Origin: Planctomycetota bacterium
GTDB taxonomy: Bacteria > Planctomycetota > Planctomycetia > Pirellulales > PLA5
Length of the DNA: 64,000 bases
Direction of reading: 5' to 3'
Assembly: GCA_003576845.1 (NCBI GenBank)
Contig: QEVJ01000010.1
Span: 706-64,705 of the forward strand
Position numbers and translations under genes: made by a program. Below the pieces are notes generated by a model. That model was not told the DNA's origin. It made no database searches and saw nothing but the letters and a program-made list of their open reading frames with translations. The stretch's first letter is position 1, and each line of letters starts with the position of its first letter. Shown here piece after piece: positions 1-8,677 of this stretch.

Positions 1-368
1 AGATTTGGTCGACTTCCTCGGGCAATGGTCGGCGAGCAGCATGCATGGGTCAAATGCCTGACTGGATCATTCGCGCTTCACGTAACGACGTATTTTTCAC
101 ACCCCCATAATCTTCGACTGTACCAACAAACCGCCGGGCTTCAAGCGTGTGGCGCGCGTGAATCGCCGGCGTTTTCGCCAGTCGCACGCTGCGACCGCTA
201 CGATCCGTTACATTGCCCGCAAACCCGCCGTTTTAACGCCCGGAGACGTGATCATTTCGTAAAGCGGCGCGAGAAAGAGGCGGACTAACGTAGCGCCCAA
301 CAGCGCAAGACAAACCGGAGCCAACAAACGCGAATCCATTCCCCGCCAGCGACACCGTCGGATCACCG

Positions 369-393
369 TCGGCGAAAGGATTCGCCTCCTACA
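369..393. repeat. Solo unit of the GGCGAAAGGATTCGCC REP-like element
   Basis: tcggcgaaaggattcgcctcctaca is identical to the arm at 3374-3398. It contains the internal hairpin ggcgaa-agga-ttcgcc. Confidence 0.8.
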
Positions 394-449
394 GTCGCAA
401 GCGAGGCGACACAAATCGCGCAATCGCTACGATCGCGCAACCTCCAACC

Positions 450-3302
450 TCACTCCTTCCGCACCGGCACGAACGCCATCGACGTTTGCAGCGCATGCGT
501 GCAGGAGCAGCCGGAACTCGTCTCGGGAGCGATGACGATGCCGCCGGCGGGAATGATTCCGAGCCAACAGCCGCTGCGGGCCGGAGCCATCTCGGTTTGA
601 GCGCGAGTGCGGATGTCGAACATCGTGTGATATCCGCCGCGATAGAACATGGCATGGAGCGAAGCGGCCTGGGCGCCGCAGCCATGTCCACGCGGCGGCA
701 AGCCGGGCAGCGGTTTGCCGTCGGACAGCGCAAAGGCTTGGAACTCGGTGTAAACGACGCCGCCGACCAGCACCGGATGTTGAATCGCCCCGCCGTGATG
801 GTCGAGCTTCCACGGGAATGTCTGCCGCCACTTGGTCGAGCCGGTCGCGGCGTCGAACGCGGCCACGCGGTAGTCGTCGTTCGAACCGGCGGCGACGAGC
901 GAGCCGTCGTGATAGCTCAAATACAACGCGCGGCGGCCCGTGCCGAAGTCGACGGGACTTTGCCAGAGCGGTTGTCCGGTCGCGAGATCGAGCGCAACGA
1001 GATAGGTATCGGCAAGCGCATCGTCGCCCAGGCGGCCGCCTGGCTTCCCGAGGGCGCGCGGACTACGCGACTCGACGAAGTATACGCGGCCGTCGCCGAC
1101 GGTAATCGTCGCGTTGAGCACCCGCCCGCCGCGATATTCCCAACGCTTCGCGCCCGTTGCCGCTTCGAGCGAAAACAGATTCTCGGCGACGACTTTTTCG
1201 GTTTCCCAGCCCGGCGGTCCGTCGTACCACTCGCCGCGGTCGGCGACATAGCGGGAATTGGGTCGCACTGCGGTTCCTAGAACGCGATCGCCAACGCGGG
1301 CGATGTAGCCCCAGTCGAACGGCTTGTCCTTCTCGGGCACGGGCGCCGCGACTTTCGACCGCAACTCGCCCGTTATCGCGTCGATCGTCAAACAATAACC
1401 GCCGAGCGCGACGTGTACCGCGTCCTTCCCGGCGGCCATGTTGCTCGCATCGCGCGGAACGTTCGACCGCCGCAGGTCGGGGATTTGGTACACCCAGCGA
1501 ATCGTGCCGTTGTAGGCGTCCATGCCGAACAGGATGCGGTCGCCCTCCACGTACAAGTTGCCCCCGGCGGCCAGCGGCGCGGGATTGCGTCCGCCGCGGT
1601 CGGGCATCGGCCGCGGGCCGGGCTGCCCGAACCAGAGCGGCCGCATGGCGCCCGCAACGAGATCGTCCTGGCTACACGACGCGTTGTCGGCCAGACCGTA
1701 CTGATGCGACCAATCGCCGCTGCCGGCGAGCTCGCCGCGCCTCAGCAACACCCAAGTGTCTTTGCCGCCGCCAATCAACTTCGTTTCACTCAGATCGCCC
1801 ATTCGGAGCGCAACGACCAGCGCATCGGCAACCGCTGCCCGGGCCGCTTCATCGCCGGTTGCGCCGAGCAACATGACGCCGCCGGCCGGCCGCAACATGC
1901 GCAGCCAACTCGTCGCCAGGCTTGCGGCGACCGCGGGCTTTGTCGCCCCGTCGAGCAGCTCCGCGGACACGATGACGTTTGCCATGTAGTCGGCATACGG
2001 CAGCTTGTCGAGCGGCCCGTGATGCACTGCTACGCGCCCGCCGTAGTAACCCGCCGCGCTGAGCAATCGCCGGGCCTCTGCCGCGTTGGCTTCGTTCGGC
2101 TCGACGGCGACGATTTGGAATTGGGTCCGCTTGGCGATTTCATACGCCAGCCTCCCGCGCGCGGAGCCAAGCACGAGGCAAACGCCTTGCTTCGCGCCGG
2201 CGTTTTCCGCGGCCCGCTCGGCATACTCGACAATTCGCGGCGTCGCGGCGTCGTCGACAAACGGCGACGGCTCGTCGGGCGGCGCGTCCTGCGTGTAGTC
2301 GAACGAGGCATCGAAGCTGTACGTGCGACCGGTTGCCACCGCGCTGCCTGCGGTCGGCACGAGGACGCGATACGTGTATTCCCCTTCTCGGCGAACGTCG
2401 GCGATTCGCACCTTGTGCCACGTCTTCTTGGCGTCGTCGCCCGTGCGACGCGGGGCCGCGCTACCCGGGCGATACTCAAGCAACGTCGGCACTTCGGCGT
2501 CGGTGCCCCACCCGATTTCCACCGTCGTATGATCGACGTGCCGCGCAATCGGCCCGATGGTCACGCGAACCGGCGCGATGAAATCCTGCCGTTTGGCCGC
2601 GAATCGCGCGGCGATTTCTTTCTCGCCAAGCGCGCGGTCATATACCGCCGCTGCGTGCAACATGCCGGGCCAGCGATAGTGCTCGTCGTCGTCGTGGTAT
2701 GCGGCGAGTTCGTAGAAGAACTTGGGCGGGTAGCGAATATCGCCGCTTTGCTCTTGCGACTTCGCCGCGAGCACGCCGTTGACGTAGAGCCGCATTTCGC
2801 CGCCGTCGAACGTCGCGGCGACGTGGTGCCATGCGCCCGGCTCAAACGGGGCATCCGCGACGAGATACGTGAGCTTCGCCGATTCTCCGGCACACAGGGC
2901 GAAACAGAAGTTCGTTTGCCGGAAACCGAGCAGCCAACCGCGCTCGAAGTCGCCGTTGTCTTGCAGGGCACTGACGATCCCGCCCCATTCGCGCGGCTCG
3001 GCCACGTTCACCCACGCTTCGACGGTCATTGCGCGCTTTGGAACGACGGGCGGCACAGGCGTGTTGGCGAGCGAAATCGTCTGCTTTTCGCCGTCGAGAA
3101 CGATCGCGCCGCGGGGCACGTCGTCCGCAATCGTCAATGGCCCGGCCACGACGGCGTCGTGCTTGCCGGCCCGAGCCTTCACGCGGCCGCCGGCTATGCT
3201 CGCCTTGTCGAAGACCCAGTGGCCGACAAGACCGGGCGGATCGTCGGCGCACGCCAGTGAAGCCGGAATCAAAGCGGCTAGCAACGCGAATCGCAAACGC
3301 AT
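450..3302 (-). CDS. Secreted multidomain protein: signal peptide, LamG/ConA-like domain, class-I SAM-methyltransferase-like Rossmann segment, PQQ-like (BamB-like) beta-propeller
   Basis: 950-aa ORF with ATG at 3302-3300. N-terminal MRLRFALLAALIPASLACA looks like a signal peptide. LamG-like segment 'WHHVAATFDGGEMRLYVNG'. MTase-like motif I/II 'VCLVLGSARGRLAYEIAK...IVAVEPNE'. The C-terminal half has repeated propeller-blade-like segments (e.g. 'LYVEGDRILFGMDAYNGTIRW', 'VYFVES...YLVALDLATGQPLW'). Confidence 0.8.
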   Translation of the reverse strand: MRLRFALLAALIPASLACADDPPGLVGHWVFDKASIAGGRVKARAGKHDAVVAGPLTIADDVPRGAIVLDGEKQTISLANTPVPPVVPKRAMTVEAWVNVAEPREWGGIVSALQDNGDFERGWLLGFRQTNFCFALCAGESAKLTYLVADAPFEPGAWHHVAATFDGGEMRLYVNGVLAAKSQEQSGDIRYPPKFFYELAAYHDDDEHYRWPGMLHAAAVYDRALGEKEIAARFAAKRQDFIAPVRVTIGPIARHVDHTTVEIGWGTDAEVPTLLEYRPGSAAPRRTGDDAKKTWHKVRIADVRREGEYTYRVLVPTAGSAVATGRTYSFDASFDYTQDAPPDEPSPFVDDAATPRIVEYAERAAENAGAKQGVCLVLGSARGRLAYEIAKRTQFQIVAVEPNEANAAEARRLLSAAGYYGGRVAVHHGPLDKLPYADYMANVIVSAELLDGATKPAVAASLATSWLRMLRPAGGVMLLGATGDEAARAAVADALVVALRMGDLSETKLIGGGKDTWVLLRRGELAGSGDWSHQYGLADNASCSQDDLVAGAMRPLWFGQPGPRPMPDRGGRNPAPLAAGGNLYVEGDRILFGMDAYNGTIRWVYQIPDLRRSNVPRDASNMAAGKDAVHVALGGYCLTIDAITGELRSKVAAPVPEKDKPFDWGYIARVGDRVLGTAVRPNSRYVADRGEWYDGPPGWETEKVVAENLFSLEAATGAKRWEYRGGRVLNATITVGDGRVYFVESRSPRALGKPGGRLGDDALADTYLVALDLATGQPLWQSPVDFGTGRRALYLSYHDGSLVAAGSNDDYRVAAFDAATGSTKWRQTFPWKLDHHGGAIQHPVLVGGVVYTEFQAFALSDGKPLPGLPPRGHGCGAQAASLHAMFYRGGYHTMFDIRTRAQTEMAPARSGCWLGIIPAGGIVIAPETSSGCSCTHALQTSMAFVPVRKE

Positions 3303-3327
3303 TTCGATGCCTCGTTGTTATTCCCAC

Positions 3328-3398
3328 TGTAGGAGGCGAATCCTTTCGCCGACGGCGCACGTTAGCCGTTCCATCGGCGAAAGGATTCGCCTCCTACA
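3328..3398. repeat. Paired-hairpin REP-like element between two co-directional propeller genes
   Basis: Arm 3328-3352 is tgtaggaggcgaatcctttcgccga. Arm 3374-3398 is tcggcgaaaggattcgcctcctaca. They are perfect 25-nt reverse complements. Confidence 0.9.
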
Positions 3399-3428
3399 AT
3401 TGACCGGCGCCGCGACAATTGGTCGTCG

Positions 3429-4799
3429 TCACTTGAAACACTGAATCGCGCCCACGTCCGTGCTCACGAACAGTCGGCCATTCGCGACGGCCAGGCCATA
3501 CGCCGCGCCGTCGACTCCGGCGCTCCAGATCTGCTTTCCGTCGCTTGCACTGTAGGCCGCGACTTCGCCGTCGCCGCCGGCAATGAGCACATCGCCGGTC
3601 ATCACGAGCGCGAGCGCCTGCGGACAGGACACGTCCCACTTCACGCATTTGGGGATCTCGGCGTTCACCTTGTTGAGTTCATTGCCCACCGCCGCCAGCT
3701 CGGTCGACATCTTGAGGCCCTCGGCGCTCGCCGCGCGGCGACCGAGTTTCTTGAGTTCTTCCGTGAGCACGTTCTTGCGGGCGGTCAAGTCGCGGCGCTT
3801 GCGGGCCAACTCGACATAGCGCACCTGATCGAGCGCTCGCAACCGATCGTTGGCGTGCAGAAAGAAAACACCGCCGGCGACGAGTATATGATTGCCGGCG
3901 AAGTTGGCGAGCTGCTCCGACTGGCCCGGCTCGACGACGCCGAGTTCGCCGGCCTTTCCGGGACCGAAAATGAGCGTGTCGCCGGTGAGCAGAGCGTAGG
4001 TTCCGCCCGCGCCCTGGACGGCCTGCAGCGCTTTTCCCGTCGCCCGCTCGTAGACCAGCGGATTCTCGCGCCCCGTCGGGACATACAGCCGCGTCGCCGA
4101 AGCGAGGAGATATCCTTGTGCCGGCCGATCGGCGCTCGCCGTGCGCCACACCGGCGAGCCGTCCGCTGAATCGATCGCGTTGACGAACACGCCTTCCTTG
4201 GGGAACAAGCCCGACGAGAAATATACCACGTCGCCGTCGACGACCACGCTGCTTCGCACGGCCCACAGCGAAATCACGCGGCCGTTCCCAGGCAGACGGT
4301 AATCTTTCTCCGGCGGATCGCGGCGCCAAATCTGTTTTCCGTCCTCGCGGGCGACGCAATACACGCGGCCATCGTCCGAGCCGAAGCACAGCCGCTCGCC
4401 GGCAATCGTCGGGGCGAAGCGCACCGGCGCCTCCGCAAAGAACGACCACCGCGCCTTGCCGGTCGCCGCATCGAGCGCATAGACCTGATCATCGGCGGAC
4501 GAGCCGAAGTAGAGGTCCTCGCCGGCCGCAACGACGTGGAACACTTTGTCGAACGTCATCCGCGGGCGCAGGTTCTGCACCTTGTTATACGGATCCTCCC
4601 GCGCGGGTCCGGGCCACGCCGGCTGAGGCTTGTGCCGCGCCCGATGCGTCCACGATTCGGCCAGAGGAAACGACGGCTTCTCGGCAGTCACGCCGCTGCG
4701 GGCATAATCGTGCTGATACGTCGGCCAGTCGTCGCCGCGGGCCAAAGGCAGCGGCAACAGAACGAAGACGACCGCGAGCCGCAGAGCCTTGAGAACCAT
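3429..4799 (-). CDS. Secreted PQQ-like beta-propeller repeat protein with an internal coiled-coil segment
   Basis: ORF 3429..5081 trimmed to the internal ATG at 4799-4797, which gives the signal-like N-terminus MVLKALRLAVVFVLLPLPLARG. 'DDWPTYQHDYARSG' is a typical start for this family. Repeated 'DG.VYA.DA.TGK..W' blades. Coiled coil 'LTARKNVLTEELKKLGRRAASAEGLKMSTELAAVGNELNKV'. Confidence 0.75.
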   Translation of the reverse strand: MVLKALRLAVVFVLLPLPLARGDDWPTYQHDYARSGVTAEKPSFPLAESWTHRARHKPQPAWPGPAREDPYNKVQNLRPRMTFDKVFHVVAAGEDLYFGSSADDQVYALDAATGKARWSFFAEAPVRFAPTIAGERLCFGSDDGRVYCVAREDGKQIWRRDPPEKDYRLPGNGRVISLWAVRSSVVVDGDVVYFSSGLFPKEGVFVNAIDSADGSPVWRTASADRPAQGYLLASATRLYVPTGRENPLVYERATGKALQAVQGAGGTYALLTGDTLIFGPGKAGELGVVEPGQSEQLANFAGNHILVAGGVFFLHANDRLRALDQVRYVELARKRRDLTARKNVLTEELKKLGRRAASAEGLKMSTELAAVGNELNKVNAEIPKCVKWDVSCPQALALVMTGDVLIAGGDGEVAAYSASDGKQIWSAGVDGAAYGLAVANGRLFVSTDVGAIQCFK

Positions 4800-5019
4800 G
4801 TCGCAATTCCAAACTCGACAACGGCGGAAACATTCGAGCGCCGCGATCCAATCCTCCGGTCGCTCGTTGTCGCTAGCATAAAACGCGGTTCGGCCAACCA
4901 CAAGAAACAACGCAGGAAATGCTTGGTCCCATCGAAACCGTCGCGACGAGTTACGGCGTCCGCAACAACGGCGTTGCAAACCGCTGTCCGCTCCTCGCCG
5001 CCCACTGCCCACCACCCAC

Positions 5020-6378
5020 TCAACCTGAACTTTGGTTTCCGCGAACGGCCGCTCGGCCGCACGTCTCGACGATCCGCGCAAGCCAAACGACGCTCAGCAT
5101 TCTCAGCGCCGCCGAGCCGAGAAAGAACAAGTCGTAGCGATCTTCGACGCCGGGAATCGCGCTGAGCCACTCGGGCGCCTCGGCCAGCTTCTCGAACCAA
5201 TGTCCGCCGACGAGCGACCCGGCGGCGAACACCACGCCCGTCGTCGCGAAGTACGCCGCGACGTGGTTCGCCGAGCCACCGGGCGCGAGATTGAGCATCA
5301 GTCGCGGCAATCCGACGTTGAGCCCGGCGTAAGCGATCCATGCGAGATGCGCCCCGGCGAACCACGCCCACGTTTCCGGCGTCGCCGCGTAAAAGAATAA
5401 CGTGCTCGACGCGACGATCGCCTGGCTCGTCATCATCATCGCCGTCGAACGCCCGCGATCCGCCACGCGCCCCAACATCGGGCTGATCGCCGACTGCCCG
5501 AGGCGCATTGCCGTCTGCATCACGACGACGGCGGTCAGAGTCAGATCCAGCACGCGCGTCTGAAACAGATATTGCGGCGCCTGCGCCAGCCCGTTGCAGA
5601 ACGAGAACCAGCATCCGAACGCCACGAGCGGGCGATAGCGCCGATCGACGAGCGGCGCGAGCATTGCCGCCAATGCCGACCACACACCAATTGCGTTCGG
5701 TCGCTGTGCTGCGTCGCCGCGCCGGCGTGGGTGCGGCATCTTCACAAGCGGAACCACCGCGGCAAGGAGAAACACGACACCCAGGGCGGCCGCGAGGGCG
5801 TACCCAATCCAATCGCTGGCTGCGTCCGCTTGGTGAGCCGCGACCCAGCGGTCGGCAATCTGCCCGCCGGCGAGCAAACCGACGATCCGCGCCAATGTCA
5901 GGGCCCGTTCGCGGCGTCCGATGAACCGCCCGCGAATCGGGCTCGGCACGAGATCGCCGAGCCACGACCACAGCGCCACGGTCGCCAGATACTCGAGCAG
6001 GTGATAGGCGCACCACAACGCGACGAGCGCGACGAGCGATTCGTCGGCATTTGCCAGCACGCCCGGCGCACAAACCACCGGCAAAGCGGCGAGCACCGCG
6101 CCGCTAGCCGCGTACATGGCCACGCAGAACCGCTTTCGTCCACCCCAGCGCCGAGCCAGGACCGGCGCAAGCAACCGCAGCGCTCCGGCGAGATGCGGCG
6201 CGGCCACGATCCAGCCGATCGCCACGCCGTCGGCCCCAAGCTGCCGCGCGAGATAAATCACCAGGGTCGTGCCGACGAGCCCATTGCCGATCGCCCAGAT
6301 CGCCGCGTTCCAATTCGCCAGGCGCATGGCCGAGCGACGCTCCGCGACGGTCAGCGACGAATCAACGCGCCGATTCAT
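5020..6378 (-). CDS. MFS-type transporter
   Basis: 452-aa ORF, ATG at 6378-6376. About 12 hydrophobic segments across the whole length. MFS-like loop 'LARRWGGRKRF' after TM2. Overlapping ORFs in other frames are Arg/Ala-rich junk. Confidence 0.7.
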   Translation of the reverse strand: MNRRVDSSLTVAERRSAMRLANWNAAIWAIGNGLVGTTLVIYLARQLGADGVAIGWIVAAPHLAGALRLLAPVLARRWGGRKRFCVAMYAASGAVLAALPVVCAPGVLANADESLVALVALWCAYHLLEYLATVALWSWLGDLVPSPIRGRFIGRRERALTLARIVGLLAGGQIADRWVAAHQADAASDWIGYALAAALGVVFLLAAVVPLVKMPHPRRRGDAAQRPNAIGVWSALAAMLAPLVDRRYRPLVAFGCWFSFCNGLAQAPQYLFQTRVLDLTLTAVVVMQTAMRLGQSAISPMLGRVADRGRSTAMMMTSQAIVASSTLFFYAATPETWAWFAGAHLAWIAYAGLNVGLPRLMLNLAPGGSANHVAAYFATTGVVFAAGSLVGGHWFEKLAEAPEWLSAIPGVEDRYDLFFLGSAALRMLSVVWLARIVETCGRAAVRGNQSSG

Positions 6379-6447
6379 GGCGGCGGCTACAAAACGCGAA
6401 GGATATGGATCGGACCGAAGGCGCGGCCGTTTTTCAACGCAGGGCCG

Positions 6448-6942
6448 CTACAGCCCGAGCAGTTCGATCTCGGTATCGAACCGCACGGCGATGACCGACC
6501 AGCTTCGCGTCGTGCTCGTCGCCGTCGCCGGGCGTTGGTCGCGGTAGAACGTGAAGTACCAGACGACGGGAAAGTTGTCGCACTTGTACAAGTATTTTGC
6601 GAGCAGCACGTCGGTTCCGATCCGCTTGGCTTCGATCCGCTCCGCGGCGCGAAACTGTCCGTAGCGCGATTCGAGGCCCGCCGACCGGGCGACGAGGGCT
6701 TCGATCGCCTGTTTCTTGCCCGCGAGCGGCCCGCCCTTGAGCAGCGCGTCGAACGTCTGTTCGACCGGGGTTTGCTTGTTCGACAGGTTGTCGAGAAAGG
6801 CCTTTGCCCGCAAATCGGCCGCGGCGACGATTTCTTCGGTGGTCGCGTCGGTCGCTTGAGCGGCAGCGACGCCATGCAGCCCGCATGCGACAAGCGCCAA
6901 CGCCGTGAACAGAACGCCGATGGAACGCAATGCACGCATCAT
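6448..6942 (-). CDS. Small secreted hypothetical protein
   Basis: Internal ATG ATG at 6942-6937 gives MMRALRSIGVLFTALALVACG (signal or lipoprotein-like). The rest is a balanced, non-junk composition. Same strand as folC and immediately downstream of it. Confidence 0.55.
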   Translation of the reverse strand: MMRALRSIGVLFTALALVACGLHGVAAAQATDATTEEIVAAADLRAKAFLDNLSNKQTPVEQTFDALLKGGPLAGKKQAIEALVARSAGLESRYGQFRAAERIEAKRIGTDVLLAKYLYKCDNFPVVWYFTFYRDQRPATATSTTRSWSVIAVRFDTEIELLGL

Positions 6943-7028
6943 GAAGTCTCCCGATGGTTTGACTGGCTCGGCCTTCGCGGTTTTGCGCAACGCGTCGCCG
7001 TGCAACGCACGGTGCCGCAGGTTGCCGA

Positions 7029-8459
7029 TTATAGCTCGCGGCTCGCCGCAGGGTCGGCATTGCAGCCGCCGGACTCGACGAGCGTCCGCACTTCCGCGGC
7101 GATGAAGAACGATCCCGTGACGCACACGAGGGCATCGCTCCCCGCGGATTCGCGCGCGGCTTCCCACGCCCCGAACGGCGTCGGGCAGGCGCGAACGCGC
7201 GTGGCACAGCCCGGTTCGATTGCTCGCAACAATTCCTCCGTCGGCACGCCGCGGGGATTGTTGCGATACCGCGTTACGATCACGTCGTCGAACCGCGGCA
7301 CGAGCCGGGCGAGCATCTCGCCATACTCTTTACCCTTGGTGGTCGCAAAGATCAGCACCCGCCGCCGCGCCGCAAAGCTTTCGTCGAGCGTTGCGAGCAG
7401 CGCATCGACCGCAGCGACGTTGTGGGCCGCATCGACGACGACCGTCGGACACCGCGCGACGACTTCGACCCGCGCCGGACAACGGGCCGTCACCAGCGCG
7501 CCGCGCACCGCTTCGTCCGGAACGTTCCAGCCGAGCTTTCTCAGTTCGCCGATCGTCGCCAGGGCGACCGCCGCGTTGGCCGCTTGATGCCGCCCGACCA
7601 GGCCCAACTCGGCATCGCGGATATCCCAGGCCGCTTCTCCGCACCGCCGAAAATCGATCGCGCCCAACCGCGGTTCGTCATCCAAGTCGCGCGGCGGGCG
7701 ATATTCCACGAAGAAGTCGCGGTCCAACTCGACGAGCGCGGACCCGCGCTCCGCCGCGACGCTGCGAATCACCGCTTGGGGCTCGTCGTTTGTCACGCCA
7801 CTCACGACGGGCACGCCCGGCTTGATGATGCCGGCCTTTTCCCGCGCGATTGCCGCGAGCGTGGCGCCGAGCTGTTCCATGTGGTCGAAGCTGATACTGG
7901 TAATGACGCTAACGAGCGGTTTGCAAACGTTCGTCGAGTCGAGCCGCCCGCCGAGTCCGACTTCGAGCACCGTGGCGTCGACGTTTCGCCGCACGAAATG
8001 GAGGAAAGCCATCGCCGTGGTGACTTCGAAATACGTGGGTCCGGTTCTACCCGCCGCCGCTTCCTCAACGTCGAGCTGCTCGACGATGGGCCGCACGAGC
8101 GCGACCAGCTCGACCAACTCCTCGGGCGAGCACGACACGCCGTCGACGGCGAACCGCTCCTCCACGCGATGCAAGTGCGGCGACGTATAGAGCGCCGTCC
8201 GGTTGCCGGCGCCCGAAAGCACTGCCGCGATCAGCGTGGCGGTCGAGCCTTTGCCCTTGGTGCCGGCGACGTGGACGATTCGCTGGCCGAGGTGCGGCGA
8301 ACCGAGCCGCGCGAGCAACTCGCGCATCCGATCGAGGCGAAAGTTGGCCTCGCGATAGGGCACGGCGACTTGCCGCTCGTAATTCACGCGGCCGTACAGA
8401 TAGTCGAGCGCCGCCCGATACGCGGTTGCCGCCGGAGCATCGACGAGAGCGGTAGCCAT
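7029..8459 (-). CDS. folC: Bifunctional folylpolyglutamate synthase / dihydrofolate synthase
   Basis: Mur-ligase P-loop 'HVAGTKGKGSTATLIAAVL' and 'YTSPHLHRVEERF'. Start set at ATG 8459-8457 (MATALVDAP...), where FolC-like sequence 'AALDYLYGRVNYE' follows shortly after. Confidence 0.85.
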   Translation of the reverse strand: MATALVDAPAATAYRAALDYLYGRVNYERQVAVPYREANFRLDRMRELLARLGSPHLGQRIVHVAGTKGKGSTATLIAAVLSGAGNRTALYTSPHLHRVEERFAVDGVSCSPEELVELVALVRPIVEQLDVEEAAAGRTGPTYFEVTTAMAFLHFVRRNVDATVLEVGLGGRLDSTNVCKPLVSVITSISFDHMEQLGATLAAIAREKAGIIKPGVPVVSGVTNDEPQAVIRSVAAERGSALVELDRDFFVEYRPPRDLDDEPRLGAIDFRRCGEAAWDIRDAELGLVGRHQAANAAVALATIGELRKLGWNVPDEAVRGALVTARCPARVEVVARCPTVVVDAAHNVAAVDALLATLDESFAARRRVLIFATTKGKEYGEMLARLVPRFDDVIVTRYRNNPRGVPTEELLRAIEPGCATRVRACPTPFGAWEAARESAGSDALVCVTGSFFIAAEVRTLVESGGCNADPAASREL

Positions 8460-8677
8460 GCGAATCGTCAGCCGCCGACACGACGCGCCGCCAGATCGTG
8501 GAGTTCGAGAGTGTGGCGTGATTCTACCGCAGTCCATTGCCGATGTCGCGGGGGTGGGAAAATGCTTGCCACGGCCTTGGCCAACGCGCATGATACGGGC
8601 GCGGGTGCCGGGCCACATTGGCCTTGCGCGACCCGCACACGACCCGCATCGCCACCGAATTCTTCAGGAGCCGAACG

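Noticed and set aside
1-449. ORFs 25-288(+), 208-423(-) and 389-733(-) at the left edge
   Set aside because: They are short, with Arg/Cys-rich or repeat-derived sequence ('CRRRILSPT' comes from the REP-like unit at 369-393), and have no start context or motif. The region is treated as non-coding 3' flank of the 450-3302 gene.
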